Assembly: GCF_000143415.4 (NCBI RefSeq) | Contig: NW_003314315.1 | Coordinates: 991,514 to 1,055,513, forward strand | DNA length: 64,000 bases | Direction: 5' to 3' | Origin: Selaginella moellendorffii | Lineage: Eukaryota; Plantae; Lycopodiophyta | Shown here: piece by piece, positions 59,201 to 64,000 of the stretch | Layout of the letters: each line of letters begins with the position of its first letter | How positions within the stretch are numbered: the first letter of the stretch is position 1 | Made by a program: the position numbers and the translations under genes | Notes under the pieces: model-generated | Told to the model about the DNA's origin: nothing | Seen by the model: only the letters and a program-made list of their open reading frames with translations | Database searches by the model: none

Positions 59201-59399
59201 TCTCAAGCTTGTGGTGATGACAGATTTTGTAGATTTGATGAAGTTCCAGCCAAAGGTTCAACACGCAGCAAAGTTGGAAAAATTGAACACACATTGTGAA
59301 CAGGAACAAATTTCGGCATTACTTGGGGTTATTGATGGTACAAACATTTGCATGTTTGACGAGGAATGGTTGATTGACAGTGTTAAGCAATGTAATTGA
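56241..59399 (+). CDS. Crinkler (CR)-like protein: N-terminal header, P-loop NTPase, C-terminal PD-(D/E)xK-like nuclease; multi-exon
   Basis: Walker A DVSGAGKT, Walker B PIILDECQ, VIFAGTG, GRYRTF, IFEPLV, GEVYE..GPD..AQLK. GT-AG introns join the ORF blocks. Confidence 0.7.
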
Positions 59400-60249
59400 A
59401 TAAAAATCTTTCTTTCTTTTAAGGTATATCTAACTATTACTTATTTTGCATAATATTGGACATTAAAAATGTGGACATAAAAACTAAAGCTGGTGTTCTT
59501 GGAAATTAGAGCAAAGAAAACCACTTGGAATTCAACACAAGAATTGAAAGTTGAGCTTGGACATCAATCCCAAAGAGGAGCTTGCAAAGAACAAAGTTGC
59601 ATTTTCAATGGTGATCTTGCATCTGAAGCATTCTAGATTAGGAATGTGTCTACAATGTTTTCTTCATCACCTAACTTAGTATGAAGAGGTTGGTGTTTTC
59701 AAGGCACAAAAGGTGGTGATACTCAAGGGAGATTTGAGGATGACCATATGGTTTCATTGCCAATGAAATACTCCTTTATCCCCTCCTTGAAGGAAAAGAA
59801 AATTTGAAACACTAGCTCTATTTGGACTAGTTATGTTGTTTTTACCTTATTACCTATATTCACCCTCACTCCATTATCATATTTGTTAAGGTTAAATATT
59901 CTGTTTGGACTAACTATGGTTGTCTTCACTCCAGAATTTATATAATTCATCCTCACTTAACTACTATATTTTCTTGTCCAAGAGTCTAACCCCAAAGATA
60001 AAGTGTATCCATCCTTTCTAACCCTTCCTTCAAAATATAAAAAGTTTGAAGCATTAAGGCAAAGAGGAGAAAGTGAGAAAATTGAGAAAGAAACATTGAG
60101 AAAGAAAAAAAGTGGATAAAGACGCATTAAAAAAGGAATTTTTAAAAGAAAAAATGAGAAATAAAAAGAAGGAAATATGAAAGCCTGAAGAATAGGGAAC
60201 CTATTATAAATACTTCACACCACAAGCTAAGTAGGAGATTCATACTGTT

Positions 60250-61500
60250 GAAACTCCTCAATACACAACTCAATAGTTAAAATGGAAAAATCAATAGAAA
60301 AGTCCACACTTTCAATAAAACATATAAATTCCTTAACAACAACGTTTAAACAAAAAGTTTTCAATAGCACTTATAATTGGGAACATGCACTCAATTTGAA
60401 ACTTTGGTAAAAGTGACTCAACCTTTGGAATAAATTCAATAAAATAAAAGCAAGATTCTTAATCTCATGCATATGCTCAATATCCGAAGTAGTATAAGGA
60501 AGACAAAATACGCTCAACTCAACACTAAATTAAGAGTGAGAATCATAAGTCACAAATGATCAATATGCTAGGAAAATGAAATATTACAATTGAGAAGGAA
60601 ACACTAGGAACATGAGAAGGTGGTTTATGCCAAGAAATAAAAAAAGGTTGGGAAAGAGCATAAAGCAAAGAGAAAGGATCAAGTGGCAAATTAAATAATT
60701 AACACCTACTCTATAAAATCTTTAACTCATCTCTTAAGCTATTCTCAAAGTAATCAAATTCCTTGTTAGTAGAAATCCACTTAAGCTCATAAATAGCATC
60801 TTTTTATAATCTTAATCCTCAAACATTCTCCAAAAAATGGATTTCATCATTCATTGCTTTCTAATTGATGTCACAACACTCTATATTACTAGGAGACAGC
60901 AAGACATTGAGAATCAGAGAAGCTATGTAATCATGTCCTATAAAAGCTGAACATGGCAATACACCAAGGATTGAAGCAGCACTAATTGGATCATGTTATT
61001 TGGCACCAAAAGCTTGATCTAAAAAGGATATAACCACAAAAATAACATTTTTGGGTGATAACAACAACATATCATCTATAATCTTGGATGACAAACTCCT
61101 AAATCAATAATAGCATGGCATCGTAGAAGAAGAGAATGCAATGAAGATAAAAAAAAAGAATAGATTAGATAGTTACAATCCTAGATCTGAGAAAAAGCTA
61201 ATGTAGATCTATCTACATTAGCTTTTTCTCAGATCTAGGATTGTAACTATTGTATCCAAAAGTGAAAGAACAAAAAATATGATCTTGAAAATTGAGGAAA
61301 ACACTATTGAAAAGCTTTGCTCTCTAGGATAAATTGCAATCCCCCTCACTTGCACCAATGTGAGTGCTCAAAATATGGAATAAGTATATCAATTGTGATT
61401 TAGACCCCTTGGACAATATAATACTATAATTAGTGGATTATCTATGCAAAGTAAAACATTAATATACATACATATATATTTATAGACCTTACAATACCTA
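60250..61500 (-). mobile_element. Highly decayed relative of the 2684-8810 gypsy family (PBS/LTR junction near 61350)
   Basis: caccaatgtgagtgctcaaaatatggaa resembles caccaatgtgagtgcatggaatatggaa (8631-8658). AT-rich, no ORFs; boundaries approximate. Confidence 0.55.
61169..61250. repeat. Perfect inverted repeat: 40-bp arms, 2-nt spacer
   Basis: 61169-61208 is the exact reverse complement of 61211-61250. Confidence 0.97.
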
Positions 61501-61759
61501 ATTCTTACTAAATAATTTAAAATTTGAAAGTGTAGAAGAAAAAGAGTGATTTGTAAGGAAAATAGGCTATCTCAATTGATTTTATTATGCCAAGCATAAT
61601 GTCAAACTCCCACTCCTTGATAAACCATCTACTATGGGAACTCACTTACAGTAGAGTCATTAGAAGATTGCAACTGTGATTAATTCCTTGGCCTTAGACC
61701 AAAAGAGCTTCGTGCATTATATGCATCATACAATACCTCAAGCAGCCAAAAAAGAAATA

Positions 61760-62500
61760 CTTGGGGTTCATCACCCTAGGGGATTTTGATGTTCCAATGT
61801 AAATTGCTTAACAATCTAGCTCATGGTCCACAAGTTCTGGGTAGCTAAACTCACACAATTAAATTGTTGTTATGTTGGGGAAGGATCCATCCTTGTTATG
61901 ATTCGGCATTAAAAGACAAAGATCTAGTCTTCTTAAACTATGCTATGCTTCTCTTTTAAGTTTCTCACCACCTAACCACCCCCAAACTAACTCAAAAGCT
62001 CCACTACACCACTACAGGTTAAGTTCGTTACCCTACTGAAGACCTTAATATACCCTTGTGTTATGATCCATTGTGAAAAAACAAAGAACTAATCTCCCTA
62101 GACTATGCTATGCCTTTTCTTGAGGTTTTTTACCACCCAACTCCTCAAAAGCTCCATTACGCCACCATTCCATTATGAGCCCTCAGGTAAGTTTAGTTCC
62201 TTACTTTAATATGCCTTAATATACCCTTGAGCTTCTTTTTAACTGACATTGACCATGTGGTCAAAGCTCGTGCCTAACAATTCTTCCCCCCTAACAAAGT
62301 CCTTGTCCCAAGGACGATGTCCATTTTCTACAGCCATATACATCAAAGAGGCATTATGCCCATCACTCCAGGATAGTATACCTTTCAATTGGCTGATATA
62401 AAATACCAAATATATTGGTAGCCGCATCTGATAAGTCACCTTATCAATGCACTCCAATGAGAAAGTTTATCACTCTTCCCATTCCACAAAGGCACTAAAG
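61760..62500 (-). mobile_element. Decayed gypsy 3' end (integrase tail, PPT, LTR starting at 62279) with an internal repeat of about 120 bp
   Basis: IDKVTYQMRLP..VFYISQLK; purine tract AGGGGGGAAGAA before TGTTAGG; repeat at about 61939-62058 and 62103-62230. Left boundary uncertain. Confidence 0.6.
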
Positions 62501-64000
62501 TGTTCTACCGCTCATTTGACGAAAAGATCATTGGCACAAAAACGATATCACACACCTTATATTCCCGAAATTGGCGATGTTCATTAGCAAACTTCTCCAC
62601 TCTATCCCTTTATCCTATGGCGATTTACCATAGGATACCACCACGAAGCGGAACCTAAACCCTCTTTGTGCCACGTGACAGATGCCACGTGTCACATACC
62701 ACGTGTCCATAGGAACCCGAGGTTCAGGGCCTTGGGCCACTGAACGAAGGAACGGTGCCAAACTCCCAAGCGTGACGCCAAGGAGTGATGGAACCGGACC
62801 ATGGAGCAACTCCCGAGCATATAGCCCAAGGAGCGAAGGGACAGGAGCCCGGAGCGACTTGGAATAGTCCTGGAGCAACCAACATCCCAATGCCAAGACC
62901 AGCACGCAAAACGGAGCCAAACAAAGTCTGGCGCTATTTCGGCATACCGGTGGCCTAACACGAGGATATGGGTACTCCACCAGCTAGCATGGAATGGAAC
63001 TTGGGCTTAGACCCAAGCCGGACGCAAAACAAGGACAGGCACGCAAGCGGGAGCTAGACTATGCCTCAGGTTGGTCGGCCATGCCCGACCTACCCACTAT
63101 CCCTACTATACATTTGGAACCTCCCATAGCCCCCCCCCCTTGAGGAACACATGCTTTGGGCTTTCACCCCAAGCCTCCCTTAGTATCAGGAGTTAGTCTC
63201 AGGGACAAACTCGAAACTTACTAAATATGGAATGTCCTTAGATTGCGAATTTGGACACGGGACGAACACCATTGTGTTCAGGTCGATCTCTACATTCCGT
63301 AGATATGCCAAATGAGCAAATCTGGACACTTTCCATAAATAGCATTTGGGACCGAATGAGACTAACACAAAGGGCATGATAGCGAGGGTGTTTGGCAGAC
63401 ACGGTAAGCTATCATCCAGCGATATTGAGGGACTAATCTCAATACGCGTGAGTTCTTGCCAAGCCAGTGCAAGACAGAGCAAAAGAGAACTAAGAGCCAG
63501 GCTGAGAATGCTCAGCTAGAAACACATAGGAGTTCCTACCTTATGTTCATCTGGCTAAGTACAGATGCAAAGCCCAGTAAGCTAACACTTGGACAAGAGG
63601 GGCTAATAAAGGGAACCAGCAATACCGACCTCCTGCCATCATGGCAGTAAGGTAAGAGTGTCCGTAAGGACTAGCCGACAGGTAACTTTCAATACCCGAA
63701 GTCACATTCGCGACACTCTCCCCCCCTTGGGAAAATCGACGTCCTCATCGATGCATACTCGAGTCTAGAATACCGCCAAGGAAACAACTCCAAAAAAAGT
63801 TCACGGTACTCACACTATGTGAGAAATGCACCAACTTAAATGAGTTAGGGAGCAACCTCTTTGTCTAACGCGGATGTGCTACCAGCTCAGACACCTTCCG
63901 GCCGTCGCCGACAAGGAAATGACCAACGGAGTCAGCCACCCTTGCTGCTCTGAGAGTCACCCAGCTTACAAAAGTGTGATATGCCCTGCCCGCGGGAACA
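62501..64000 (-). mobile_element. 3' LTR (about 62501-63715) plus PPT of a younger LTR retrotransposon continuing beyond the window
   Basis: On the - strand, CAAGGGGGGGAGAG precedes TGTCGCG at 63715. The core at 63085-63170 is homologous to 4430-4510 of the solo LTR. Left boundary is inferred. Confidence 0.65.

Noticed and set aside
59450-60250. Possible further retroelement remnants
   Set aside because: Too decayed to assign domain or boundaries by eye.

Overview
Eukaryotic land-plant nuclear DNA, not prokaryotic. Short GT-AG introns, very compact gene spacing, PLS-type PPR genes, a flagellar NME5-type NDPK and a CVNH lectin point to a seedless plant, most plausibly the lycophyte Selaginella (inference). 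The gene-dense core (about 11-59 kb) holds: PPR, LRL-type bHLH, secreted CVNH lectin, MIR171, a CRK pair (one a pseudogene), an extensin/PCC13-62 chimera, an SLT-like protein, a small secreted peptide, GRF, NME5, ABIL, a CYP pseudogene / Copia / UGT / CYP block, a macrodomain protein with a prion-like tail, an intronless bacterial-type flavin monooxygenase, and a Crinkler-like NTPase-nuclease gene. Both ends are TE-rich. Left end: a short-LTR Ty3/gypsy element with a 4-bp TSD, a tRNA-Ala PBS, a -1 frameshift site plus pseudoknot and a nested solo LTR, beside a decayed intron-containing Merlin/IS1595 transposase. Right end: nested gypsy debris with a perfect 82-bp palindrome. Best candidates for new biology are the 46-59 kb block (UGT + CYP + FMO; macrodomain-prion; CRN-like NTPase-REase), the Merlin fossil and the recoding signal. 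All calls come from reading motifs by eye; no database searches were run.
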